From NCBI RefSeq assembly GCF_009914755.1, contig NC_060935.1: 64,000 nt of DNA. The stretch is one strand, 5' to 3'. Below, one piece after another: positions 1-14,318 of the stretch. Position numbers and translations under genes: made by a program. The notes under the pieces are model-generated. The model searched no databases, was not told where the DNA came from, and saw nothing but the letters and a program-made list of their open reading frames with translations. This DNA comes from the human T2T-CHM13v2.0 reference genome, Homo sapiens. Each line of letters starts with the position of its first letter. Within the stretch, counting starts at the first letter, position 1.

Positions 1-85
1 TTAATTTCTCAAATGGGCAAAAAAATCAACCAGCTAACTTCACAGGGGTGTTGTATGAATTAATGAGATTTAAAATGTGCACTAT
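1..85 (+). mobile_element. MIR SINE fragment (3' part)
   Basis: aaatggg...cttcacagggg tgttgtatgaattaatgagat resembles the MIR 3' segment; heavily diverged. Confidence 0.55.
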
Positions 86-1164
86 TTCAGAATATAAGTC
101 TGGGAAAGCAGGTATATTTACTGCATTGTTCTCTTTTCTACCCAATGCCTTGAGCAGTACTTTGCATAAAGCTGGCAGGCAATATAATTTTAATTGTCCT
201 GGTTGAACATACTTAGTACATTGAAGCCCTTTTTATCACAGGTCCCAGTATAAACAAGGTCACCAGTGATTAGACATGGTTTGTGGCAGAAAATTTTTGT
301 TAATCATAAATCATATGTTAATCATAACCGTAAAAAGGTTTAGTATTGAACCTGTTTTAGGTAAACAGCTGGGCAGTTGAAAAGACCTTATCAATTGTAA
401 TAATATTAATTTCTTCTCTCCTTTATTTTGTGAATTTTCTCCAAGGAGCAATAGTAAAGAGTAACTTCATGTTTTAGGGCAATTATAAAATTTAAAGACG
501 ATTTTAATATGTTGAGTAAAAAGGAAACTGACATTTACTTGGAAATTTGGCATATGTGGTTCCAAGAGAGTAAAAATCTAAAGATTGTGTGGGTGTATGA
601 TTTTTATCATTCTTCCTTATGGTGTTCTGAAATGAATAACTAGAAATTTTAATTGAGAAACCATTTCATTAAAATTACCTATATTTTCCATTGCTCTAGT
701 GTATTCTAATTTGCCTAAGTAACTGTCTTCTTTATCCCCCTTCCCACACTGCCCAAGCACGTGGTTATTTCTACTTCATATCCTATTTTCCAGCATACAA
801 AAACTAGGGCTAAAGCAAAGCAAAACAAAACCCCATAATGCATATGAAATTCTGATTTCTCTTTTTTTCACATGGTCAGAAACATGAGAAGTTCACCAAC
901 AGGCCACGTACAGTTCAAATATTGGTTAGTATTTTTTTGCCTCCCATTCCTATAGAAAATAGAAGAAAAAAACAGAAAACTAACAGTGTTGAATTATAAT
1001 GTAGTCACATAACTACTTTTACCCACCTTGCTCACTGAAAATTCCTCTTCTCTAAATACATTGGGACTGAGGAATGTATGTGTAGTGGGGACTGAGGCTA
1101 AGGGATACATTTGGAATATAATATTAATATGTATAAGTATAAAATACAATAAATGTGATAAAAG

Positions 1165-1395
1165 TAATAATAACCTTTATCAATGGCTGTGTGCAGGTAC
1201 TCTGACAAGTGCAGTGCAACATTCTTTCATTTAATTCTTACAATTCTACAATATAGGAATTTTATAGCTGTTTTACAAAAATCAAGAAATTGAAGATCAG
1301 AAAACTTATTCAATTATACATGTATCATTATGTAATATAATGATATTACTGAATAGCAGAGCTGAGGTTAAATATCAGGTCTGTTTATTCTGGTT
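1165..1395 (-). mobile_element. MIR SINE, diverged
   Basis: tcatttaattcttacaa...ttttacaaaa..gaaattgaagatcaga...gcagagctgagg pattern of antisense MIR. Confidence 0.55.
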
Positions 1396-1788
1396 CCTGA
1401 TCACTAAAGACAAAGGGATATGTCTCTTCTAAATGCAGAGGAGCAAATAAAAAAATGAATTTTAAATGACAGAAGCCAAAAATTAAGCTCATGTAGTCAC
1501 TTATCTACCATGGGTGAAGGTTTGAAGGTCAGCATTCTACCAGTAATCTCGACCTCACAATCCATATATTTCTGTTACATGTCATGTTTTGGTCGTGAGT
1601 GCAGCACAAAATAAACTAAGTAAATCTTGGACTTGCCAAGGCTCTATTGAAAGTTTTCTGCTGGAATCATAACATCAAAGGCTGTTGAAAGGAGCCTCAA
1701 CAGTCAAAAACCCTAAAACGAAGTGATGTTTGATATTTCTCATTTCTTTCCCACTTAAAATGTATGAACTATAAACAACTTTCAAATT

Positions 1789-2299
1789 TGTCTTTGCAAT
1801 AGTTTGCTGAGAATGATGGTTTCCAGCTTCATCCTTGTCCCTTACAAAGGACATGAACTCATCATTTTTTTATGGCTGCATAGTATTCCATGCTGTATAT
1901 GTGCCACATTTTCTTAATCCAGTCTATCATTGTTGGACATTTGGCTTGGTTCCAAGTCTTTGCTGTTGTGAATAGTGCCACAATAAACATACGTGTGCAT
2001 GTGTCTTTATAGCAGCATGATTTATAATCCTTTGGGTATATACTCAGTAATGGGATTGCTGGGTCAAACACTGCATGTTCTCACTCATAGGCGGGAACTG
2101 AACAATGAGAACATATGGACACATCACACACTGGGGCCTGTTGTGGGGTGGGAGGGAGGGGGAGGGATAGCATTAGGAGATATACCTAATGTTAAATGAC
2201 GAGTTAATGGGTGCAGCACACCAACATGGCACATGTATACATATGTAACTAACCTGCACATTGTGCACATGAACCCTAAAACTTAAAGTATAATAAAAA
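1789..2299 (+). mobile_element. Young L1PA (about L1PA3-4) 3' fragment with 5' inversion
   Basis: 1789-~2068 is the antisense ORF2 C-terminus (ORF track ...DPAIPLLSIYPKDYKSCCYKDTCTRMF). ~2065-2299 is the sense 3'UTR plus A tail. TSD aactttcaaatt at 1777-1788 and 2300-2311. Confidence 0.93.
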
Positions 2300-2795
2300 A
2301 ACTTTCAAATTGATATTAATTTCTTTGTCTTCTTTCAGAGTTCAAAAGACAGAAAAAAAGATAGTCATCACAGTTGATACATCACTTTTCATATCTCAAC
2401 TTGCCTTTGACTGAGTGAGTGACAAGGTTGGGGTTCAATTCTAGAAAGAAATATAAATCGATGTTCCTTGTGCTTAGAAAATATGGGATGACATATTAAA
2501 TATTTGATCCTTATTACAAATATTTTTCTGTGGTTTTCTTTGTAAATCATAGCTCAGTGCTGTGCTTTGTATGTTGATAGAGATTATGTTACTGGCACTT
2601 TTCTCAAAAAAAAAAAACAAAATAAGTCTTTTTAAAGAAAATACAGCAAAGCTTATCTGTAGCCAAGTCATATGGTTGTCAAATTCAAGAGTATTATTAT
2701 GAAAAATTAAACATCTCCAGTTTTTCCCCAAAATATTAATGTATAAATTTAGAGCAATTTGATAACTCAGTTTAATCATTTAGAAAAGTAAAGGT

Positions 2796-3110
<315 letters not shown>

Positions 3111-3454
3111 TTATATCTCATAAATCAGTGAGGAAAATACTGCGATTCAGTAGAAAATAGGTAAAGAAGATGGAGAACCACTTGGTAGAAAAATAAAAGC
3201 AAATGATTAAAACACATAAAAATTATACAACATAACTACTTTAAAGAAAAATAATACTAATGAAACACTGGCTGGCATAATCAGTTTTGTAATGTTCTTT
3301 TTGATGTGATCAGTTTTGTACTTTGCTTTTTGAAGTCTCATTTAAAAGCACATTTTCAGAACAAGCACTTGCTTTAATTCTCTTTTCCCAGTTACTGTCT
3401 ATTCTACTACCCCATATATACTACATATTGCTAATCATACTATGAAATTTTCCT

Positions 3455-3540
3455 TTATATCTATCTATCTACCTACCTACCTATATATTTATCTATTCAT
3501 TCATCCATCTTTTAGTCTAGTCATCTCTCCATCTATTTTT
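3455..3540. repeat. (TCTA/CCTA/TCCA)n degenerate tetranucleotide tract
   Basis: atctatctatctacctacctacctat...attcattcatccatc. Confidence 0.7.
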
Positions 3541-3974
3541 CTTTATTGCCTATCTTTTGCCAAATTAAAAGTGGGCTCCATAAGTATAGTAGTAATGTTT
3601 CTCTAACTTGCTACCGCATTTTTTTATTTTATATATATATTTTTTGCCTAATGTAATGCCTAACACTTAATAGGAGCTCATAAAATGGTTACTGAGGGAA
3701 TGAGTAAATACTACACAATTGAAGAAATTATATATAAACTGACTCACTACCATTGGAAATTCATATTAGTGGAACTCAGCTTATACATATACTTTGACAT
3801 GTTTGCTAAGAATGCAACCTTAGGCACATAATGAAGCAATATCTGGATAGCAGAAATCTAGAATTAACCTAAGTCTATCAATAAGAGACTGATTAAGCAA
3901 ATTACTTGACATCTGTATGATGAAGATGCTATTAAGCACTAAAACTTACATATATATATATATACACATAAATA

Positions 3975-4218
3975 TTAATTTTTGATTTAGTGGTAAATAT
4001 GCAGGATTGTTTTTTAGGTAAACTTTAGGTCATGGCAATTTGGTATACAGATTATTCAGTCACCCATGTTATAAGCATAGTACCTGATGGGTATTTTATT
4101 TCTTCTCCTTCTTCCCAACTTCCACCATCAGACAGACCCTGGTGTCCATTGTTCCCCTCTTTGGTCCATGCGTTCTCATTGATTAGCTCCCACTTATAAG
4201 TGAGAACATACAGTATTC
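3975..4218 (-). mobile_element. Older L1PA (about PA15-16) 3' end
   Basis: Antisense 3'UTR: ...ataagcatagtacctgatgggta...gctcccacttataagtgagaacatacagtatt. Confidence 0.8.
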
Positions 4219-4267
4219 AAAACCATTGTTTTTAATATGGAGTGATATATAAAGATCTCTAAATTCT

Positions 4268-7200
4268 AGACAAAAAAAAACTTACAAAAGAATAACGAAT
4301 CCAGGAGTTGTTTTTTTGAAAAAAAAAAAAAAAAGAGAGAGACAGAGATAGACTGTTAGCTAGCCTAATAAAGAACAAAAAGAGAGAAGATCCAAATAAA
4401 CATAATTAGAAATGGCAAAGGGGTCATTACCACTGATGCCATAGAAATACAAAAAGGTCTCAGAGACTACTAAGAACACCTCCATGCACACAAGCTAGAA
4501 AACCTAGAAGAAATTGATGAATTCCTAGAGACATACAACATTTGAAGACTGAACTTGGAAGAAGTTGAATCCCTGAGAAGACCAATAATAAGTTTCAAAA
4601 TTGAATCAGTAATAAAAAGCCTGCAAACCAAAAAAAGCCCAGGACCAGGTGCATTTACAGCCAAATTCTACTAGATGTATAAAGAAGAGCTGGTACCATT
4701 TCTTCTGAAACGATTCTGAAGAAATTGAGGAGAAGGTACTCCTTCCTAACTCATTCTATGAGGCCAGCATCATCTTGATACCAAAACCTGGCAGAGATAC
4801 AACAAAAAAAGAAAACTTTAAGCCAACATTCCTGATGAACATACATGCAAAAATCATCAACAAGACACTAGAAAACCAAACCCAGCAGCACATTAAAAAG
4901 TGAATCCACTATGATCAAGTAAGCTTTATCCCTGGCATGCAAGGTTGGTTCAACATATAAGCAAATCAATAAATGTGATTTATCACATAAACAGAACTAA
5001 AAACAAAAACCAAATAATTATCTCAATAGATGCAGAAAAAGCTTCCAGTAAAATTCAACATTCCTTTATGTTAAAAACACTCAACAAACTAGGCATTAAA
5101 AGAATATACTCCAAAATAATAAGAGCCCTCTATGATAACCCACAGCCAACATCATAATGAATGGGCAAAAAGTGTAAGCATTTCCCTTAAAAACCAGAAC
5201 AAGTCAAGGATGCCCTCTCTTACCACTACTATTTCAATACTGTACTGGAAGGCCTGGCCTGAGCAATCCAGCAAAGGAAAGAAATAAAATGCATTCAAGT
5301 AGGAAGAGAGAAAGTCAAACTACCACTGTTTGCAGACAATATAATTCTATACTTACAAATCCCCATAGTCTGTGCCCAAAAGCTCCTTGATCTGATGAAC
5401 AACTTCAACAAAATTTCAGGATACAAAATCAATGTAAAAAATCAGTAGTACTCCTGTACACGAAGAACATCCAAGCTGAGAGCCAAATCAAGAATGCAAT
5501 CTCATTCACAAGAGCTACAAAGAGAATAAAATGCCTAGGAATACAGCTAACCAGGGAGATAAAAGATATCTACAATAAGAATTACAAAACACTGCTCAAA
5601 TAAATTGGAGATGATACAAACAGATAGAAAAACATTACATGCTCATAGGAAGAAGAATCAATATTGTCAAACTGGCCACACTGCCCAAAGTAATTTACAG
5701 AATTTGTAGATTCCATGCCATCCTATCAAATTCAATTGAATTTATAGATTCAATGCCATGCTATCAAACTATCAATAACATTCTTCACAGAATTCAAAAA
5801 TACTATTCTAAAATTCATATGGAACCAGAAAAGATCCCAAATAGCCAAGACAATCCTAAGCAAAATAAACAAAGCTGGAGGCATCACATTACCTGTCTTC
5901 AAACTACACTACAAGGCCACAGTAACCAAAACAGCATGATACTGGTACAAAAACAGTTACATAGACCAATAGAATGGAATAGAAAGCACAGAAATAATGC
6001 CATATTCATACACCCATCTGATCTTTGACAAAGCTGACAAAAACAAGCAATGGAAAAAGGATTCCCTATTTAATAAATGGTGCTGGGAGAACTGGCTAGC
6101 CATATGCAGAAGATTGAAACTGGACCCCTTCCTTATGCTATATACAAAAATCAACTCAAAATAAATTAAATACTTAAATGTAATACCTACAACTATAAAA
6201 ACCCTGACAAATAACATAAGAATTACCATTCTGGATGTAGGACCCGGCAAAAATTTCATGATGAGGATGCCAAAAGCAATTGCAACACAACCAAAAATTA
6301 CCAAGTGGGACCTAGTTAAATGAAAGAGATACTTCATAGCAAAAGAAACTATCAAAAGAGTAAACAGGCAACCTACAGAATGGAAGGAAAATTTTGCAAA
6401 CTATGTATTGGACAAAGTGGTAATATCCAGCATCTGTGAGGAACTTAAACAAATTCACAAGGAAAAACCAAACAACACCATTAAAAAGTGGGCAAATATA
6501 TGAACACACACTTCTTAAAAGAATACATACATGAGGCCAATGAGCATATGAAAAACAGCTCAACATCACTGATCATTAGAGAAATGAAAATCAAAAACAC
6601 AATAAGACACCATCTCACACCAGTCAGAATGGCTGTTATTAAAAAGGTAAAAAATCACAGATGCTGGCAAGGTTGTGGAGAAAAAGGAATGCTTATACAC
6701 TGTTGGTGGGAGTGTAAATTAGTTCAACCATTGCAGAAGACGGTGTGGTGATTCCTCAAAGAGCTAAAGACAGAAATACCATTTCACCCAGAAATCCCAT
6801 TACTGCATATATACCCAAATGAATATAAATTGTTCTGTTACAAAGACACATGCATTTGTATGTTCATTGCACCACTGTTCACAATAGCAAAGACATGGAA
6901 TCAACCTAAATGCCCACCAATAATAGACTGGATAAAGAAAATGTGATACATATACACCATAGAATACTGTGCAGCCATAAAAATGAATGAGATCATGTCC
7001 TTTGCAGGGACATAGAAGGAGCTAGAGGCCATTATTCTTAGCAAACTAACACAGTAACAGAAAATTAAATAGTGCATGTTCTCACTTATAAGTGGCAGCT
7101 AAATGATGAGAACACATGGACACACAGAGGGGAACAACAGACACCGAGGCCTATCAGAGGCTGGAAGGTAGGAGGAGGGAGAGGATCAGGGAAAGTAATT

Positions 7201-7320
7201 AATGGGTACTAGGCTTAATACCTGGGTGATGAAATAATCTGTACAACAAATCCCCACGATACAAGTTTACCTATGTAACAAACCTGCACATGTGCCCCTG
7301 AACTTAAAATAAACGTTTTT
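4268..7320 (+). mobile_element. 5'-truncated L1PA (about PA10-15): decayed ORF2 RT/C-terminus plus 3'UTR
   Basis: ORF2 peptides in the ORF track ([24 protein letters not shown]), many stops and frameshifts; 3'UTR gggtactaggcttaatacctgggtgatgaaataatctgtac...aacttaaaataaa. Confidence 0.95.
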
Positions 7321-7328
7321 TTAAAAGC

Positions 7329-8934
<1,606 letters not shown>

Positions 8935-8959
8935 CATCACCTCAAGCCAGAAAAAAATT

Positions 8960-9090
8960 ATTATTACTGCTATTTACATTTTATTGTTGAAGAAACAGAC
9001 TTAGTATATTTACTTTTCCAGAGGTCCCACATTTTACAAGAGGCACAGCTTAGCTTGTCTCTCAGAACATTTAAGTCCAAAATCACGTGC
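8960..9090 (-). mobile_element. MIR fragment
   Basis: cattttattgttgaagaaacagac...gaggtcccac...gaggcacagct. Confidence 0.5.
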
Positions 9091-12000
9091 ACTGGTGTAA
9101 ACTCAAGGAAGAAATGAAATGCCTACATTACTCCACTATTGCTGTCACTCTTGCTCTTTATGGACTTATTTTCGCTTGTAGTAGTTATGGGGACATTCTC
9201 ATGACCTGCGTGCCTACCTCTGCTCCCAGCATCTTAGACAACAGCTAATGAGCCTCCACCCTGCCTTCTTCACCAAAACCCATGCAAACTAAAAGATGTG
9301 ATAATCCAAATCTGTAACTCTTTCTAATGACTTCAGTGTATGATGGAAACTATAATAATTTTAAAAATATAGTTTCTTATACAACACATAAAGACCTAGT
9401 GAAGACACAAAGTAAAGTTTGTGTGAGAAATGAGATAAAACAGAGAAAGAACAGAGGAAGACAGAGAAGCAGTGAGGGAAATGTCTTTTTAAATGTTAAC
9501 AATAGCTAAGATTTATTGACTACTTACTATTCAGTGTATTTAATTTTTTATTTTTATGTGTACATAGTAGGTGTATATATTTGTGGGGTATATGAGATAC
9601 TTTGAAACAGGCATATAATGCATAATAATCATATCAGGGTAAATGGAGTATCCATCACCTCAAGCATTTATTATTTTTTGTGTTACAAACATTGCAATTA
9701 TACTCTTTTAGCTATTTTAAAACCTACAATAAATTAATGTCATCCTGTTGTGCTATCAAATACTAGATTTTATTCATTCTAACTAAATTTTTAATCCATT
9801 AATCATCCCCACTCCCTTCCTCCACAAATACCCTTCCCAGACTCTGATAACCATCATTCTACTCTCTATCTCCATGAGTTCAATTACTTTAATTTGTAGC
9901 AGCCACAAATGGGTGAGAATATGCAAAAGTTTGTCTTTCCGTGTCAGGCTTACTTCACATTAACATAAAGACCTCCAGTTCCGTCTATGTTGCTGCAAAT
10001 GACAGAATCTCATTTTTTTTTTAATGGCTGAATAGTACTCTATTGTGTATATGTACCACATTTTCCTTATCCATTCATCTGTTGGTGAACACTTCGGTTG
10101 CTTCCAAATCTTGGCTATTGTGGATAGTGCTGCAATTAACATGGGAGTGCAGATATTTCTTCAATATACTGATTTCCTTTTGTGGAGCATATTTGCCCAG
10201 TAGTGGAACGGCTGGATTATACGATAGTTCTATTTTTAGTTTATTGAGAAACCTCCATACTGTTATTTATAGTGACTGTACTAATTTACATTCCAAACAC
10301 CAGTGAATGGGGTTCCCTTTTCTCCACATTCTTGCCAGCATTTGTTATTGCCTGTCTTTTGGATAAAAGTCCTTTTAACTGGAATGAGATGATACCTCAT
10401 TGTAATTTCGATTTGCATTTCTCTGATGATCAATGATGTTAAGGACTTTTTTATACACTTGTTTGCCATTTGTATGCGATTCTGACACAATCTCAGACAT
10501 TCTGAGAAATGTCTATTCAGATCTTTTGCCCATTTTAAAATCAGATTATAAGATTTTTTCCTATTGAGTTGTTTGACCTCCTTATATATTCTGGTTATTT
10601 GTCCCTTGTCAGATGTAGAGTTTGCAAATGTTTTCTCCGATCATATGGGTTTTCTCTTCAATCTGATGATTGTTTTCCTTGCTGTGTAGAAACTATTTAA
10701 CTATATTTAATTTCATTTGTCTGTTTTTGCTTGGTTGCCTTATGCTTTTAGGATATTACTCAAAAAATCTTTGCCCAGACCAATGTCCTGAAGCATGTCC
10801 CCAATGTTTTCTTTTAGTAGTTTCATAGCTTGCGATCTTAGATTTAAGTCTTTAATCCATTCTGATCTGATTTTTGCATGTGCTGAGATATAGGGGTCTA
10901 GATTTATTCTTCTGCATATGGATATTCCATTTTCCCAGCATCATTTATTAAAGAGGCTGTCCTTTCCCTAGTGTATGTTCTTGGTGCCTTAAAATGAGTT
11001 CACGGCAGATGTATGGATTTGTTTCCAAAATCGAATGGAAATTCTAGTCCATTGGTCTATGTGTCTGTTTTTATGCCAGTACAATGATGTTTTGGTTACT
11101 ATAGCTCTGTAGTATCATTTGAAGTCAGGTAACATGATTCCTACAGTTTTCTTCTTTTTGCTCAGAATGGCTTTAGCTATTCTTAATGTTTTGTGTTTCC
11201 ATATAAATTTTAGAATTATTTTTCATATTTCTATGAAGAGTGCCATTGGTATTTTGATAAGGATTGCATTGAATCAATAGATTGCTTTGGAAAGTAAGAA
11301 CTTTTTAATAATATTGATTCTCTCAATCCATGAACATGAAATATCTTTCCATTTATTTTTGTGTTCTCTTCAAGTTCGTGCATTAATGTTTTACAGTTCT
11401 CATTGTAGAGATCTTTTACTTCTTTGGTTAATTTTTAAGTATTTTCTTTTACTTGTAGCTAGTGCAAATGGGGTTACTTGCTTGATTTCATTTTCAGATT
11501 GCTTGCTGTTGGCATGTAGACGTGACAGATTTTTGTATGTTGATTTTGTATCCTGCAACTTTACTGAATTTATTAGTTTTAACAGTTTTTTTGATGGAGT
11601 TTTCAAATTTTTCCAAATATAGGATCATATCATCTGCAAACAAAGATACTTTTACTTCTTTCATTCTAATTTAAGTGCCCTTTCTTTCTCTTGTTTGATT
11701 GTTCTGTGTAGGACTTCCAGTACTATTTTCAATAGTAATGGTGAAAGTGGGCATCCTTGACTGATCCACTGATCATTCAGGAACATATTGTGTAATTTCC
11801 ATGTGTTTGTACAGTTTCCAATGTTTCTCTTGTTATGATGATTTCTAGTTTTATTTCATTGCTGCCAAATAAGATACTTGATATGATTTTTTTTTTTTGA
11901 AATTTTAAAGACTTGTTTTGTGGCCAAACATGTGTTCTATCCTTGAGAATAATCTGTGTGCTGAGGAGAAGAATGTGCATTCTGCAGCTACTGGATGAAA

Positions 12001-12173
12001 TATTCATAAATATTTATTAGGTCCTTTAGGTCTATAGTGCAGATTAAGTCTAATGTTTCTTTGTTGGTTTTCTGTCTGGACGATCTGTCCAATAGCTGAA
12101 AGTGGGATGCTGAAACCTCCAGCTATTGTTGTACCGAGGTCTGTCTCTCTCTTTAGCTCTAATATTTGCTTTA

Positions 12174-12280
12174 GACTAGTCCTAGGGTAGTCAGTTATCT
12201 CAATTGATCACAGTCAGTTACATATTGAATTCCTTGTTATACTCTTCCCCCCTTTCTCACTACTAAACTTGACTACTCTT
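12174..12280 (+). pseudogene. Y1 RNA (RNY1-derived) processed pseudogene
   Basis: Aligns end to end with hY1 as recalled (GGCTGGTCCGAAGGTAGTGAGTTATCTCAATTGATTGTTCACAGTCAGTTACAGATCGAACTCCTTGTTCTACTCTTTCCCCCCTTCTCACTACTGCACTTGACTAGTCTT) with a 4-nt deletion and scattered substitutions; short A tail; TSD-like atattt(t)gcttta on both sides. Confidence 0.92.
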
Positions 12281-12694
12281 AACAAAATATATTTTGCTTT
12301 ATATATCTGGTTGATCAAGTGTTGAGTGCCTATGTATTTACAATCATTATATCCTCTTGCTGATTTGACCTCTGTCACTATATAATGACCTTGTTTATCT
12401 CTTTTTATAGCTTTGTATTGAAGTCTGTTTTGTCTAATATAAGTGTAGTACTCTTGCTTTTTGGTTTTCACTTTCATAGAATATCTTTTTTCATCCCTTT
12501 ATTTTCAGCCTATGTGTGCCTTTATAGATGTTACAGGTGAAGTGTGTTTCTTGTAGGTAACAAATATTTTAAAATTATTCATTCGGCCACTCTATGTCTT
12601 TTACTGGAAATTTTAGTCCATTTACACTCAATGTTATTATTGATAAATAAAGACTCCTGCCATTTTGTTATTTGTTTTCTGGTTGTTTTATAGT

Positions 12695-12799
12695 TTCTTC
12701 CTTCCTTTTTTCCTTTCTTTCTTTCTTCCTTCCTTCCTTCCTTCCTTCCTTCCTTCCTTCCTTCCTTCCCTTTCCTTCCTTTCCTTCCTTACTTCCTTC
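12695..12799. repeat. (TTCC)n / (GGAA)n microsatellite
   Basis: 11 perfect CTTC units at 12725-12768 within a longer pyrimidine tract. Confidence 0.95.
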
Positions 12800-13053
12800 G
12801 AAGGTGTTTTTTTCTTGTATGTTTTAATTTCTTGCTTTTTATTTTTTGTGGATCTGTTGTAGGTTTTTTAAATTTGATGTTACCATGAGGCTTGTGAATA
12901 ACATCCTATAAACCATTATTTTAAACACATGACAACACAATACTAATTGCAATAACAAACAAACAAGCAAAGAGAAAACTGATAAAATCTTTACAAATTA
13001 ACTTCATCCCACTCCGCTTTTAAACTTTTGGTTGTTCCTATTTATATCTTCTT

Positions 13054-13129
13054 TTTAAATTTTATTTTATTATTATTATACTTTAAGTTTTAGGGTACAT
13101 GTGCACAATGTGCAGGTTAGTTACATATG
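13054..13129 (-). mobile_element. Very short young L1PA 3' tip
   Basis: ttattattatactttaagttttagggtacatgtgcacaatgtgcaggttagttacatatg is the extreme L1PA 3' end; perfect TSD tatatcttctt at 13043-13053 and 13130-13140. Confidence 0.9.
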
Positions 13130-14037
13130 TATATCTTCTTATACTATGTCTTGATAAGTTGTTGTGGTTATTAGTTTTGATAGGTTCATCTTGAGTTGAC
13201 AAGATACGAGTAGTTTGCACACCACAATTACAGTGTTATAATATTCTGTGTTTGTGAACTTACTTTCAATAATAAGTTTTATGTCTTCAGATTATTTCTT
13301 ATGGCTCATTAATATCTTTTTCTTTCAGATTGGAGAACTCCCTTTAGCATTTCTTGCAGGATAGTTTTGGTGTTGATAAAATCCCTCAGCTCTTGTTTGC
13401 CTGAGAAAATATAGCTACTTCATATCTGAGGGATATTTTCACTGGATATACTATTCAGAGATAAAAGAGTTTTTCCTTCAGCACTTTTAATATGTTATGC
13501 CACTCTTGCCTGACCTGTAAGGTTTCCACTGAGAAGTCTGATGCAGGATGCTTTGGAGCACCTTTGTATGTTATTTGTTTCTTTTCTTTTGCAGCTCTTG
13601 GGATTGTTTCTTTATCCTTGACCTTTGGGACTTTGATTATTAAATGTATTGAGGTAGTCTTGTTTGGGTTAAATCTTCTTGGTGCTCTATAATGTTCTTG
13701 TACTTGAATATTAATATCTTTCTCTAGGTATAAGTTCTCTGTTATTATTCCTTCAAATAAACTTTCTACCCCAGTCTTTCTCTCTACTTACTCTTTTAGG
13801 TCAATATCTCTTAGATTTGCCTTTTTAGATTATTTTCTAGATTTTTGTAGTTGTAGTTCATTCTTTTTTATTCTTTCTTCTTTTGTCTTCTCTGCTTGTC
13901 TATTTTTAAATAGGTTGGCTTCAAGTCACCAATTCTTTCTTTTGCATGATCAATTCTGCTCTTGAGAAACTAATGCATTTTTTACTATATAATTTTTCAG
14001 GTCCAGAATTTCCGTTTGATTTTTAAAAATTATTTCA

Positions 14038-14318
14038 GGCCAGGTGCGGTGGCTCATGCCTGTAATTCTAGCACTTTGAGAGGCTGAGGTAGCGGTTCAC
14101 TTGAGGCCAAAAGTTTGAGACCATCCTGGCCAACATGGCAAAACCCCATCTCTAAAAACACAAAAATTAACCAGGCCTAGTGTCACGTGCCTGTAATTCT
14201 AGGTATTTGGGAGGCTGAGTCATGAGAAACACTTGAATTTGGGAGGTGGGGGTTGCAGTGACCTGAGATCATGCCAATGCACACCAGCCTGGGCGATACA
14301 GCGAGACTCTGTCTCAAG
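14038..14318 (+). mobile_element. Old Alu (AluJ/Sz-like), almost no A tail
   Basis: Dimeric Alu; TSD aaaattatttca at 14026-14037 and 14319-14330. Confidence 0.93.

Noticed and set aside
2145-2166. G-quadruplex motif (similar tract at ~60133-60154)
   Set aside because: Standard G-rich tract of the L1PA 3'UTR
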